DNA from: Octopus sinensis | Taxonomy: Eukaryota | Assembly (NCBI RefSeq): GCF_006345805.1 | Contig: NC_043006.1 | Coordinates: 94,054,001 to 94,118,000 of the forward strand | Direction: 5' to 3' | DNA length: 64,000 bases | In this document: positions 25,273 to 36,945 of the stretch, piece after piece | How positions within the stretch are numbered: position 1 is the stretch's first letter | Layout of the letters: the number at the start of each line of letters is the position of its first letter | Made by a program: the position numbers and the translations under genes | Notes under the pieces: model-generated | Told to the model about the DNA's origin: nothing | What the model saw: only the letters and a program-made list of their open reading frames with translations | The model's database searches: none

Positions 25273-26520
25273 CAGGGGTTGGACAAAATAATGGAAACAC
25301 CTTAAAATTTGAAACAAATTTTTTTTAATATGGGATAGGAGTAATTACAGCTTGAATTTTATGAAGTATGGACTCGTATAAAGCTTGAACTGTTTCCAAT
25401 GGAATTTTTTACCATTCTTCAGCTAAACCAGTCTCCAGCTCTTGTAGTGATGATGGCGGAGGATATCGACTCATTACTTGCTTTTCTAAAATGCACCATA
25501 AATGTTCAATAATACTGAGATCTGGGGACTCTGGTGCCCAGATAAGATGTTCAACTTTACTAGAATGTTCCTTGTGCCATTCAGTAACAACTTTAGCAGT
25601 GTGAATTGGTGCATTATTATCCTGAAAGATTGCGTTTCCCTCTGGAAACAGTTCCGCAACCAAAGGATAAATTTGATCAGATAAAATGCTTAAATAAGCT
25701 TAACTATTAATTCTGCCAAGGGAAATCATTGGGCCAGTGGATTTCCAAGATATAGCCTTCCCCAGATCATCACAGATCTCCTTCCATGTTTAACAGTTGC
25801 AAGAAGGCAGTCTGGGTCAAATGCTTCTTTTGGCTGTCTCCACACATATACTCGGCTGGTGGTCGGAAATAAGGTAAACGATGACTCATCCAAGAAAATA
25901 ACATTCTTCCACTGTTCTAGGGACCAATTCGGTAGGTTTTTACTCCACTCTAAATGCTTTGTAACGTTTGTTTTTGAAAGTAATTGTTTTCTGATTGTAG
26001 CCCACCCATGAAATCTGGCTTTATGCAGCTCCCGGTGAACAGTTTATGTGGAAACTGGGTTCTTGAGGTGGTCATTAAGCTCTGCAGTAATTATGGGAGC
26101 TGTACTTTTGTGATCCTTTCTAACAATTTGCGTAAGAGTCTGACGGTCCCTATCTGAAAGAGTTGATTTTCATCCGCAGATTTGTTTTGATGAAGAGGTT
26201 TTTTTCCCTCTTTCTCAAAGGCTGCCATTACTTTCAAGACAGTACTTGATACACTATACGTTTCGGCTGTTTTCATTACACTAACGCCTGCCATACGAGA
26301 ACCAACAATTTTATCTCTTTGAAAGTCCAATAGATCAGTCATTTCAATGAATTTTAATTATCTTTTACTGATGATATCTGAAAAGAAACAGCAGTTTTGG
26401 CAAAACATATTATATAACACTAATAATAAATTAAGAAACAAAAATAAACACGCTTTTAACGGTTTTATAGATATTTCAAAATTATGATGCGAAGTGTTGC
26501 TGTTAATTTGTACAAGCTTC
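25273..26520 (-). mobile_element. Tc1-family DNA transposon, decayed
   Basis: TA|CAGGGGTTGGACAAAATAATGGAAACAC left TIR, decayed right TIR ~26492-26520; MTDLLDFQRDKIVGSRMAG (HTH) and IFQDNNAPIH...PESPDLSIIEHLW (DDE region). Confidence 0.85.
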
Positions 26521-27197
26521 CACCTACCAAGTCCACCCACAAGGCTTTGCTTGGCCTGAAGACCACAGTAGAAGACACTTGCCCCAAGGTGCCACACAAT
26601 GGGATTGAACATGGAACCATGTGGCTGGAAAGCAAGCTTCTCACCACACAGCCACACTTGCTAGGTCCAATACTTATATTTTAAATGCATTTTAAAAATA
26701 CTTTCTTAAGATTAAAACAAGAGTAGGAGACTGGCTGATGATGTATCAAGGTTCAGCCCATCAACACTGACCTCCTTTAAGTAAGGTGAGGAAGGGATCA
26801 CTTCCCTACCAGGGGGGTTGGAGTTCAGTTCCATTGCACAGCACTTGGGTATGTGTCTTCTACTACAGTTGGGGATTAGATCAAAGTTTTGTGAGGGAAT
26901 TTGTAGGTGGGAATAGCGTGGAAACCAATTTGTGTGTGTGTGTGCGTTTGCCCCCTCCCCTCTTGACAGCCGACATTGGTTTGTTTACCTCCCTGTAATG
27001 TAGAGGCTTGGCAAAAATGATCCATAGAATAAGCTCCAGGCTTCTGAGAATAAGCACCAAGATCAGTTTGTTCAACTGAACTCTTCTAGGCGGTGCTCCA
27101 GCATGGTCACTGTCCTTTGCCTAAGACCAGTAAATAATAAGGTACACAAGACTAACCTTGACTGAGCAGATTTATGATTAAAGCTATTGCACCCAAG

Positions 27198-27227
<30 letters not shown>

Positions 27228-27230
<3 letters not shown>

Positions 27231-27440
27231 GTCGTCGCTTAACGTCTGCTTTCCATGCTGGCATGATTTGGACGGTTTGATTGAGGACTGGCAAGCCAGG
27301 AGGCTGCACCAGGCTCCAATCTGATCTGGCAAGGTTTCTACAGTTGGATGTCCTTCCTAAGGCCAACTACTCCGAAAGTGTAGTGGGTGCTTTTCACGTG
27401 CCATCAGCACGGGTACCAGTCAGGCGGCACTGACCATCAT
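27228..27440 (-). mobile_element. Abundant short retroposon 3' end with (GAT)n tail (copies ~5400-5500, 5900-6140, 7350-7560, 11280-11415, 24720-24840)
   Basis: Shared plus-strand block CATCATC(G)TTTAACGTCCG(T/C)TTTCCATGCT(G/A)GCATGGGTTGGACGG...GGATG(C/T)CCTTCCTAA(C/T)GCCAACCAC. Confidence 0.7.
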
Positions 27441-28342
27441 ATTTCATTTATCTTTTCAATCTTTTCAAATAATCCTTCCTAGAATCCCATTATCCAGAAT
27501 GTTTTACATTTTAAGATCTATGTAGAATTAGCGAGCTGAATTTTGGCTGCCATTTCTAGCAGATTTGACAACCATCTCATGGTTTGATAAAATAGATAAG
27601 AATATTTAACGTCTTGAAAAAATTAAAGATTAAAGAAAAGTAACAGAAGGGAAGTAACTCGTGTTCAACGTTAACGACTTCTATTTTCAATGACGTCAGA
27701 GACTTAGTGATTTAAGAGAGATTTGGTTGTTATTTCTAGCATAGCAATTAGTTGTAGAATGAAAAAAAGTTTTTTTATGAATACAAATAATGGAAGGGAA
27801 GTAACTCATGTTAGACAATACTTTTGAAGACAAAGTTAAATCTGCGGTCGTTAAAAAAAAATCCTTAAAGTGATTGTGTGGTAAGAAGTTGGATTCCCAA
27901 CCACCTGGTTACGGGTTCAATCCACTGCATGACACGTTGGGCAAGTGTCTTCTACAACAGCCGTGAGCTCTTATGAGTTGATTTGGTAGAGGGAAACTGA
28001 GAGAAGCCCCTCGTGTATGTCCTGCACTATCGCTTGGCAGATGGTATAGGTTTGTTTATGTGCTCGTAACTTAGCAGTTCGGAAAACGACACCGACAGAA
28101 TAAGTATCAGGCATTAAAAATGACTGCGGTCAATTCGTTCGATAAAACCCCTCCAACGCAGTGCTCCAGCAAGGCGCAATCCAGTGAATAAAAGATATAA
28201 AATCTTGTGAGTAATTTGACTGCTATTTCTGGTATGATTAATGATCTCATAGAACAATCATAGACCGATTTTGCGAAAAATGGGCCGCTTGTGGCATGGC
28301 TCGTCATCGCATGGACTGCACAAGTTGAAGAATTCATTATTT

Positions 28343-28751
28343 ATTTCTTTATTGCCCACAGGGGGCTAAACATAGAGGGGACAAACAAGGACAAATGGAT
28401 TAAGTCGATTATATCGACTCCAGTGGTAACTGGTACTTATTTAATCGACCCCGAAAGGATGAAAGGCAAAGTCGATCCCGGCGGAATTCGAACTCAGAAC
28501 GTAACGGCAGACGAAATACCTATTTCTTTATTACCCACAAGGGGCTAAACACAGAGCGGACAAACAAGGACAGACATAGGTATTAAGTCGATTACATCGA
28601 CCCCAGTGCGTAACTGGTACTTAATTTATCGACCCCGAAAGGATGAAAGGCAAAGTCGACCTCGGCGGAATTTGAACTCACAACGTAACGCAGACGAAAT
28701 ACCTTTAAGCAGCATTTCGCCCGGCGTGCTTAACGGTTCTGCTAGCTCACC
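28343..28751 (-). mobile_element. Dimeric tRNA/Meta-core SINE
   Basis: Two units joined GAAAT|AGGTATTT at 28522/28521; flanked by near-identical 17-mers TGAAGAATTC(A/C)TTATTT at 28326-28342 and 28752-28768 (TSD). Confidence 0.8.
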
Positions 28752-29355
28752 TGAAGAATTCCTTATTTGGCGAACCATTCGGAAAGTCTCGCAATTTGTT
28801 CAAGAGTAACCAAAAAATTTCGCCAAAGGTTGAAGAAAATGAAGACGGAATTGGATAAAGAAGCACGGGAAATGATTCTTCTTAACTTTTGAAGGAAGCC
28901 ATTGTTTCCATTTTCTTAATTTCCTGTTTATGAAAAGTTTTTTTGTTGCTGTATATTCTTTTATTCTTCTATCTGTTTCGGCCATGTTGGAGCACTGCCT
29001 TTAGTCGGACAAACTGACCCCAGAACTTATTCTTTGTAAGCCTAGAACTTATTCTATCGGTCTCTTTTTGCCGAACCGCTAAGTTACGGGGACGTAAAGA
29101 CACCAACATCGGTTGTCAAGCGATGTTGGGAGGACAAACACTGACATACCTGCTGGTTCTTTATGCACCTGTTTGTATATATATATATATACAACGGTCT
29201 TATTTCAGTTTCTGTCTTCCAAATCCACTCACAAGGCTTTGGACAGCCCAAAGCTATAGTAGAACCCACTTGGCCAAGGTGCCACGCAGTAGGACTGTGG
29301 TTGGTAAGCAAGCTATTTATCACACAGCCGCTGCTGCGCCTATAGAAATGCCTTT

Positions 29356-29415
29356 AGCACGGGTGGGGTTCGAACCCACGCGTATACTCGTCCATTAGAA
29401 CTTAAGTCCAACGCC
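29356..29415 (-). pseudogene. 5'-truncated tRNA-Leu(UAA) fragment
   Basis: Minus strand GGCGTTGGAC-TTAAG-TTCTAATGGACGAGTATACGCGTGGGTTCGAACCCCACCCGTGCT: anticodon arm (TAA at 29404-29402), long variable arm, T arm and 3' acceptor strand; D arm and 5' acceptor strand absent. Confidence 0.75.
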
Positions 29416-29722
29416 GTAGCTTTAAATCTTTAGATTATAAGCCCACGTCCAGCTTGCCTAAGGTAAATTTATTTGCATTTGACACAAGATATCAAAACAA
29501 TCATCCGAGATTGCTTATAAGAATAAATGTTGTGGACGGAACTCGATCACAAATCTTTGATCACGAATGCAATTTATTTCATGAAATCACGACGAAAGTG
29601 TTCGGAACATTTATTCCTAAGCAAACCTCTCTTCGCTAAATATTAGTCTTTTGCTTAAACCCGCGAACCGACAGAATGGCTAGAATGCCGGACAAAACAC
29701 TTAGCGGTATTTTTTCCGGTTT

Positions 29723-29952
29723 GCGGCGAGCTGGCAGAAACGTTAGCACGCCGGGCGAAATGCTTTGTGGTATTTCGTCCGCCGCTGCGTTCTGAGTTCA
29801 AATTCCGCCGATGTCGACTTTGCTTTTCATCCTTTCGGGGTCGATTAAATAAGTACCAGTTATGCACTGGAGTCGATATAATCGACTTAATCCGTTTGTC
29901 TGTCCTTGTTTGTCTTCTCTGTGTTTAGCCCCTTGTGGGTAGTAAAGAAATA
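29723..29952 (+). mobile_element. Young tRNA/Meta-core SINE inserted in an older SINE head
   Basis: Exact 17-bp TSD GGTATTTTTTCCGGTTT at 29706-29722 and 29953-29969; older head upstream (...ACACTTAGC) and B-box/core remnant downstream. Confidence 0.85.
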
Positions 29953-30187
29953 GGTATTTTTTCCGGTTTTACGTTCTAAATTCAAATGCCGTTGATGCCG
30001 ACTTTCTCTTTTATCGTTTCAAAATCGATGGAATAAGAAGGCGGAGCTCTGAGGTCAACGTAACCCGACGAGCTTCCCCCTATTATATTTCATGCTTTGT
30101 GCCTTTTAAGAGAAAGAATATAAGAAGATTTACGGAGATGTACTCGCATAGCAAGTAATTTGATCTGAGATCGTGTGCTGAAACGAA

Positions 30188-30489
30188 AACAATTGCAGCG
30201 TGGAAGGTGTTTATAAGCCATTTAAGAAACACACAAAAGCCGTTCGATTCACTCCAACATTTAAGTTTAATTTGTCAAAATATTTTCGTCGCTAAAATCC
30301 GCGACCTGTTCACTGACAAAGTCCGTGCTGCATCTAAGCTTAGATGCAGCACGGACTTTGTCAGTGAACAGGTCGCGGATTTTAGCGACGAAAATATTTT
30401 GACAAATTAAACTTAAATGTTGATGTGAATCGAACGGCTTTTGTGTGTTTCTTAAATGGCTTACAAACACCTTCCACGCTGCAATTGTT
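30188..30489. repeat. 302-bp spacerless palindrome
   Basis: 151-bp arms centred on AAG|CTT (30338/30339), no indels, about 3 mismatches by eye. Confidence 0.95.
30357..30406 (+). ncRNA. Type I hammerhead-like motif with G3-C8 core (mirror copy 30271-30320 on minus)
   Basis: TTTGTCA-GTGAACA-G-GTCGC ggatttta GCGAC-GAAA-ATAT-T-T-TGACAAA: stem I 7 bp, stem II 5 bp, palindromic stem III. Confidence 0.55.
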
Positions 30490-30559
30490 AATATAAGAAG
30501 AGTTTCATTTGTGCAGGGAGATAACTCTTCACGACGTTGCCAAACTCATTGATGCTCTT

Positions 30560-30750
30560 TTATTCTTTTACATGTTTCAGTCATTTGACTGTGGCCTTGC
30601 TGGAGCACCGCCTTTTGTCGAGCAAATCGACCCCAGAACTTATTCTTTGTATGCCTTGTACTTATTCTATCGGTCCCTTCTGCCGAACCGCTAGATTACA
30701 GGGACGTAAACCCACCAGCATCGGTTGTCAAGCGATGTTGTAGGGACAAA
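30560..30750 (-). mobile_element. Abundant SINE segment (copies ~14290-14500, 23720-23900, 26940-27110, 28030-28200, 28970-29140, 32190-32350, 35080-35240, 57030-57170)
   Basis: Shared block GACAACC...CCCCGTAACTTAGCGGTTCGGCAAAA...GATAGAATAAGTAC...GGCGGTGCTCCAGCATGGCC...GACTGAAACAAG; usually follows the family at 30833-30996 across a (TA)n/(CA)n tract. Confidence 0.7.
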
Positions 30751-30792
30751 CACACACACACACATACATACATACATACATACATATTATAT

Positions 30793-30832
<40 letters not shown>

Positions 30833-30834
<2 letters not shown>

Positions 30835-30996
30835 GACGGGCTTCTTCCAGTTTCCGTCTACCAAATCCACTCACAAGGCTTTGGTCGGCCCGAGGCTATA
30901 GTTGAAGACACTTGACCAAGGTGCCACGCAGTGGGACTGAACCAGGACCATGTGGTTGGTAAGCAAACTATTTACCACACAGCCACTCCTGCGCCT
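30833..30996 (-). mobile_element. Abundant tRNA-like SINE (copies ~6240-6400, 8130-8260, 26500-26660, 27870-28020, 29190-29340, 32000-32150, 37700-37870, 53200-53330, 55230-55380, 56800-56970, 58330-58410)
   Basis: Minus strand GGCGCAGGAGTGGCTGTGTGGTAA...GGTTCAGTCCCACTGCGTGGCACCTTGG...GTGAGTGGATTTGGTAGACGGAAACTG...GAAGCCCGTCG followed by (TA)n. Confidence 0.75.
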
Positions 30997-31029
30997 ATCT
31001 TCACTTAATCCTCCTTTTCCGCGAGTTCT

Positions 31030-31595
31030 TTCAACAGTTGTACCATCTACGCTACAGTGCGCCTGATTCCACATGAGCTGCCTGAGAAAACTGTTGAAAA
31101 GCATTTGGTTAGACAAGATTCCAAACACGGAGGTCCTCTCTCGAACTGATCTGTCATGCATTTACACACTGCTGAAGAGAGCGCAGGTCAGGTGGGCAGG
31201 GCACCTTGTTCGAATGCCTCACACACGACTCCTCAAAACTAGCGGAAAGCAAGCGTACGCAAGGTGGATAGAAAAAGCACTTCAAAGATACACCCAAAGC
31301 CTCACTGAAGAGCTTTCAAATCAATGCAGATAGCTAGGAAGCACAGGTACAAGACCGTCTTGCACCAACTGAGGTTCCACCTCCTACGAACAGAATAGAA
31401 TTGCGGGGGAACAATGAAAGCACAAACTGCGCAAGTCCAGAATCAATTCCTCGCCCTCAGTCCCAACAGACCACCAGTTTCCGACAGGCAGCAGAGCCTC
31501 TCAAGCACGTATCGGACTGATTGACCACAGCCGGACACACCGCACCTTCTTCTCCCATGTGATGTCCTTTGGTCATTGTCGACGGACGAACTGAT
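31030..31595 (+). mobile_element. RTE-clade LINE 3' fragment
   Basis: FHMSCLRKLLKSIWLDKIPNTEVLSR...RAQVRWAGHLVRMP, typical RTE ORF C-terminal region. Confidence 0.75.
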
Positions 31596-33809
31596 AATTC
31601 AGTAGATCACTTCAGGCATTAAACTTAGACCTATCATTCGACCCTGGACTCAAGGACGGAGCTTAGCCCCATTTACAAGGCACAGAAGGGACTGAGATTA
31701 GAAAAATCCCCCCTTGAAGGAGACGCCGGTCTGTTGCAGGGTTACATAGATTTACATCTGATTGGACAGGAGTAAGGTGAACTGAGATGTTTTGCTGAAG
31801 AATACAAAGCACTGACCAGAATGGGATCGAAACTATGGTCTTACGATCGCAAGTGCAACACCGTAACCGCTCAGTCACGCACATTTATAGGGGGACTAAC
31901 ATGGACTTCAGCCCTCAGTTTGTTGATTTTACACGGTTTAACCTGTTTCACCGCTCACCTTTAACTCTTTCCACTGACCACCTCACAACATCCGTTTTGG
32001 CTGGGTGGTTAAGAAACTCGCTTTGCAACCATATGCTTTCGGGTTCCGTCCCACTGTCGTGCACCCTTCTACAACAGAATCGGGCCGACCAATGCCTTTT
32101 GAGTGGATTTGGTAGACAGAAACTGCATGTATCCCGTCGTGTACACACACACACACGTGTCTATCTTTGTGTTTGTATCTCGGAAAACCAGTCTTAGCTT
32201 GTTTACGTGCCCGAAACTCACCGGGTTGGCAAAAGAGATTGATAAAACAAAGTTTTAGAGTAAATAAGAACTGCTGTCGATTTGTCCGACTAAATCTTTC
32301 AAACCAATGCCCCAGCATGGCCACAGTCCACTGACTGAAACAAACCAAAGCTAGAAGATAAACTTATTGAGTCCAGCCTCTACCTAGATTTCTCCACCCT
32401 AAGTACAGTAAATTATTTATTCTCTTCTCACAATCTCCCTGCCTCTGCCCCTCTCTAGTTGGGGATCTACGCACCAAATGTCGAACTACTATTTTGTACG
32501 AAAATATCACCAGTGAATTGTTGAACTATCTTAGTTACGGGCATCGTCTCTGCCTCCCTGTCTCGAATCCGCGTAACCATCAACCAAATTCCTTTCAACC
32601 TCACCTCCCATTCAACTACGTAGCCTTTTCAACACGTCATCTTCCTCAATTTTCATTTCCTTCAAACAGACCCAGCTGTAGTCCGATGAAATGATATCCC
32701 ACGTGACCTTCTAGCCAGTAGTTTCTTCGCTCTTTTGCTATGCCCAACCTGGAACATCCACCTCTTCATTAATTTATAAAGTTTCTACTTTCTGCAGAGG
32801 GAGGCGTGAGACAGTGGTTAAAATGTCTGGCTTGTGATCGTTAGGTAGTAAGTTCAATTTTCAGATAGAATGGTGGGTTGGTGTCATTGAGAAAAAAGCA
32901 CTTCAGTTTACGTAGCTTTAGAGCAATCTGCCGAAAATGAACCTCAGCGGCAGAAGAGCTTTGATACTACGACCGATTACTGTTCTGATCAGAGGAGAAA
33001 CCTGTATTCTTAATCGCCTAAATGCCTCGACAATTCGGATACTCCATCACGCACCTCTTAGTCCGAGATATATACTCTTGAACCCCCCAATAATATTGTT
33101 TATTACATAAAATGCCTGCTTTGTAATTCTGATGATTTACGTGGTAGGTCTTCAGTAGTAACCTCGGGTCTGTTAAACCCCTGGCATGCTATTTCAATTA
33201 GCTATTCCCTCTACCCACACATTTGTCTTTGGTATATTCCAGTGCCAGGTCACTCTCCACTCTCTGATTCCTTTCATATCAACGATCGATTTGCTTTTGT
33301 GCACGTTATCATCTGCTGGATTTAATCGATTATTTCCCCCCCACAGATTCCTTCATTTCTCCCATCAACTCTCACCTTACTCACACATTCATACTAGTGC
33401 GCCCATACCAACACCTATCTGCTCTACTTACTCATTGCTCTCTTTAGTCATTTTATGTCCTCTCCATCTCTACCCTCCTCTCTCAGAAACATCTCAACAA
33501 CTTACAGACCATTATCAACCATTATTATTATGGCTCTAAAATCAAAACGCTGTCAGTTTTCCTTTTCTTCCTTGATTTTTTTCTCTCCCTTGAAAAAGAG
33601 CCTCACCTCAAAACATTGATAATCTTTTACATCCCTGCAATTCTTAATTTATTGATTTAATTTTTATTATTAATATTTTAATTTCATCTAAATATATGTT
33701 TGCACACAAGACTGAAGCGAAAGCAAAATTTGACAAAGAAACCCGACGCAAGTAGCAAACGTCTGCATAAGTGGTTCTCAACCATTTTTTCCTATGAACA
33801 CCTTTAATT

Positions 33810-34061
33810 ACTTTTACATTATTTACATTTGACGTATATTTGTCCTTATCTTGTTTGTTGTTAACACAACGTTTCGGTTGATATATCCTCCAGCCTTTAT
33901 CAGGTGTCTTGGGGAAATTTCGAACCTGGGTTCTCATTCCTAAGGTATTTTTCGATGCTGTTGTTATTATTATTATTATTATTATTCAGGTCACTGCCTG
34001 GATTCGAACTCGGAATCTTGGGGTTAGTCGGCCGCGCTCTTAACCACTACGCCATATGCCC
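33810..34061 (-). mobile_element. tRNA-headed SINE-like element with hammerhead-containing tail (family D, complete copy)
   Basis: Head 34061-33987 with A box TGGCGTAGTGG and B box GTTCGAATC; (AAT)n; tail with hammerhead-like motif 33908-33863 (CTGATAA, G8A); ends in AATGTAAAT repeats. Confidence 0.7.
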
Positions 34062-35380
34062 ATAAATTATGTAAACACTGTAAATAATTTTCATAATTTC
34101 TCATCTCTTAAATATAGAACTGTACCTTTAATTACTGATTTTACTCTGGTGGACTCCCATCCCCAAAACCATCCAGTGTTTAAAAACTAGTTTTATTGGG
34201 TTTTCTTTCAAAATTCCTATTTTGTTTCTCACACGTTCACTTGTGTAGGTTCGCAATTTCACTCTCTGAGAGAATAAGTTTCATTGGCTGAAAACTTGGA
34301 CGATTTTAAACTGCCTCTTGCAAGAAATATATCTAATGCAAAATATTTTCATGGGGCCCTCAAACTACTACAGTGAATCCCCAATTTACTATTTTAAGGT
34401 TATATTGCTTTTTTTCTTGTCTGTTTTCTCGTAATCGATTCCACGTAAACCTCCCTTTCTGTATTTGCAAACGGGATTTCTGTAGTTCAAGTTTGACCAA
34501 CCATCAGAACATGCTTGTGCAGGCATTGGGAAAGATTTTGAGGGAGACTGTTGTTGTCCATGCATGCGAGTCTCGTCCTTTTCACGTCTACGATGTTTAT
34601 CAAAGAGAAAGGTTGCTCACTTGGGCTGATATAGGTTGGCACCAGGATCGTAGATGGGGTTGCTGTCAGAACCAAAAGTGTTGAAACACATACCAGGTGG
34701 CATCTTTCCTGACCCTCTTTCATAGTTCAACTTTAGATTGATAATTTTTTATTGGCCCCAAAAGTATGAAAAACATAGATGACCCTGACAGCGTTTGATC
34801 TCAGAATGCAGCGGGTCAAAACGAATGATGTAAGACATTCTGTACAAAGCTCCAATGACTCTGTAAATTCGCAAGTCTTCCTTTCATTTTCATTAACTTT
34901 TCTTTCTTCTTCTTGTAATTGTTGTCATGTAATCTCATCTGCCACCCTTGTGGCAAATAAAGAAATGGTCTTTATTTTTATGAGAGGCGGAAAAGTGGCA
35001 GATTTATACACACACACACACACCACACACACACACATAAGTGTAGATGTATGACTTTCTGTTTGTCTATCTCTGCGTCCCACCACGTAATAGCAGGGGT
35101 TGATATTTTTATGTCCCTGTAACTTAGTGGTTCGACAAAAGTAACCAACAGAATAAGCACCAGATTTAGCAATAAGCACTGGGGGTGGGAAGTTGACTAA
35201 AACCCTTCAAGGTGGTGCCCCAGTATGGCCACAGTCCAAAGAGTGACGCATTTAAAATATGAAAAATAAAATGATGCCTTTACAATATGTAAAACAAGTA
35301 AATATTAAAAAAAGTAAATGGAAAACAATATAGACCACATTATATATTAAATGAATTATATATATATATATATAATTCAT

Positions 35381-35427
<47 letters not shown>

Positions 35428-35644
35428 CGAGGGGGTGCCGTAAGATTCCTGACTTTGAGTAAAAGAAAATACAGGAGGATCAGTTAATTATGGTTTTATC
35501 CAACACATTCCCCTCTCATTTTCACACACTTATTGCGGTGATCCTTCAGTTTTTCTAAACCCCGTAAAAGAACTCAGAAGGTTGGGCCCCCAACCAGGCA
35601 TTTCGTAATAGCATTAAAGTCAGGAAGTTTTCAGCACACTTTCG
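35428..35644. mobile_element. Mariner-type MITE
   Basis: TA-flanked, ~30-bp imperfect TIRs (CGAGGGGGTGCCGTAAGATTCCTGACTTT vs AAAGTCAGGAAGTTTTCAGCACACTTTCG). Confidence 0.65.
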
Positions 35645-35658
35645 TATAGATTATAATA

Positions 35659-36522
35659 CGAGGTGGTATCCAAAAGTTCCCTGTCTAGTTTTGTTGCATG
35701 CCAACAGATGGCAGCACAAGGTTGCGTTCACACTGAGAGCTAGCAGTGTCCTTCATGAGGAAGTGTGCTGAGTGACATTGCTGTGTTTACTTCACAAGTT
35801 GGCAAATATGCGTTTTTGTGGCCACGTGAATGTTGTCGACTGCAGTGTTGACACGGACAAAGAGCCAGCATGACATTTTGTGTTAAACTTGGGAAGTCTG
35901 CTACCGAAACATTGAGCATCTTACGGTGATGAGGCAATGGGATGAATGCAATGCTTCGAGTGGTAAGTGTGCTTCAAAAGTGGTAGAACATCCCTGGAGG
36001 ATGATGGGCGATTTGGAAGACTTACCACGAGCATCACAATGTGGTGTCGTGCATCGAGAGTTCGTCTCCCAGGGCCAGACCGTCAATCGAGAGTTTCACT
36101 CAATGTCTTGGAGTGTTTGATGGAGGACATTCAGCGAAAGTGAGAGAGTTTGTGGAGGGTAAAGAATCGCATTCATCATGACAACAATGTGAGTTCACCT
36201 CACTCGTGGGTTTCTCACGAAGAGCAACATGGTATCGCTTCTGCCCCCACCCTGTTCACCAGATTTAGCAGCTACAGACTCCCATTTCTTCCCCAAGATG
36301 AAAATGCAGCTCAAAGGTCACCGTTTTAATACTGTTGTTGAAGGCCCTTGACTTGCTTACAGAAAATGACATCCAGGTTGAATTCCAAAAGGGTCAGGAA
36401 AACTGGGACCGGTGTACTGCTGTGCAACGCAACTATTTTGAAGGAGATGATGTCAAGACTTAGGTAAATAAGTTATTTTCTATTAAATATAACTAGTCCT
36501 GGAACTTCTTGATACCACCTCA
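35659..36522 (+). mobile_element. Mariner transposon, internally deleted
   Basis: TA-flanked ~32-bp TIRs; remnants CVKLGKSATETLSIL, HHDN, PPCSPDLAATDSHFFPKMKMQLKGHRF. Confidence 0.85.
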
Positions 36523-36744
36523 TATATGACATAATGTATGAAATACCAAAAGGTGGTAAAGTTGCCAAATCGTTTATATGCAGGCCGAACAAAGCCTTGA
36601 GAATAGATCTGGTAGAAGGAAACTGAAAGAAGCCTGTCATATATATAGTTAATCCCTCATAAAAAAAAACGAAGAAAAAACAACAACGCGAGGACGTGGT
36701 ACATGCAAAGTATTAAAAGACGCTCAGGGAAGGAAAGAAAGGTG

Positions 36745-36779
36745 GTTTTACGTTTCGAGCAAAGCTCTTCGTCAGAAAC
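36745..36779 (-). ncRNA. Intact minimal type I hammerhead motif (repeat family C; copies ~1540-1670, 5715-5890, 11760-11960, 25075-25260, 36660-36810)
   Basis: GTTT-CTGACGA-A-GAGC ttt GCTC-GAAAC-GTA-AAAC: all core nucleotides, GUA triplet, palindromic ACGT stem III. Confidence 0.7.
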
Positions 36780-36945
36780 AGATGGAGGAAAGTCCAAGAG
36801 AGAATATGTATGAGAGATATTGGTATCCAGAGGGCCCAAGATTGCAGGTAAGGCTATGTAAGTCCTATGGAAGGACCATAGTTAAACTTTCGGTTTGATA
36901 ATAATACGAGTGAGGAGTCTAATGCAGGTCTTGTATGAGCATGTA

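Noticed and set aside
33987-34061. Functional tRNA gene
   Set aside because: It has A and B boxes but no proper acceptor or anticodon stems, and it runs into a repeat tail; treated as a SINE head.
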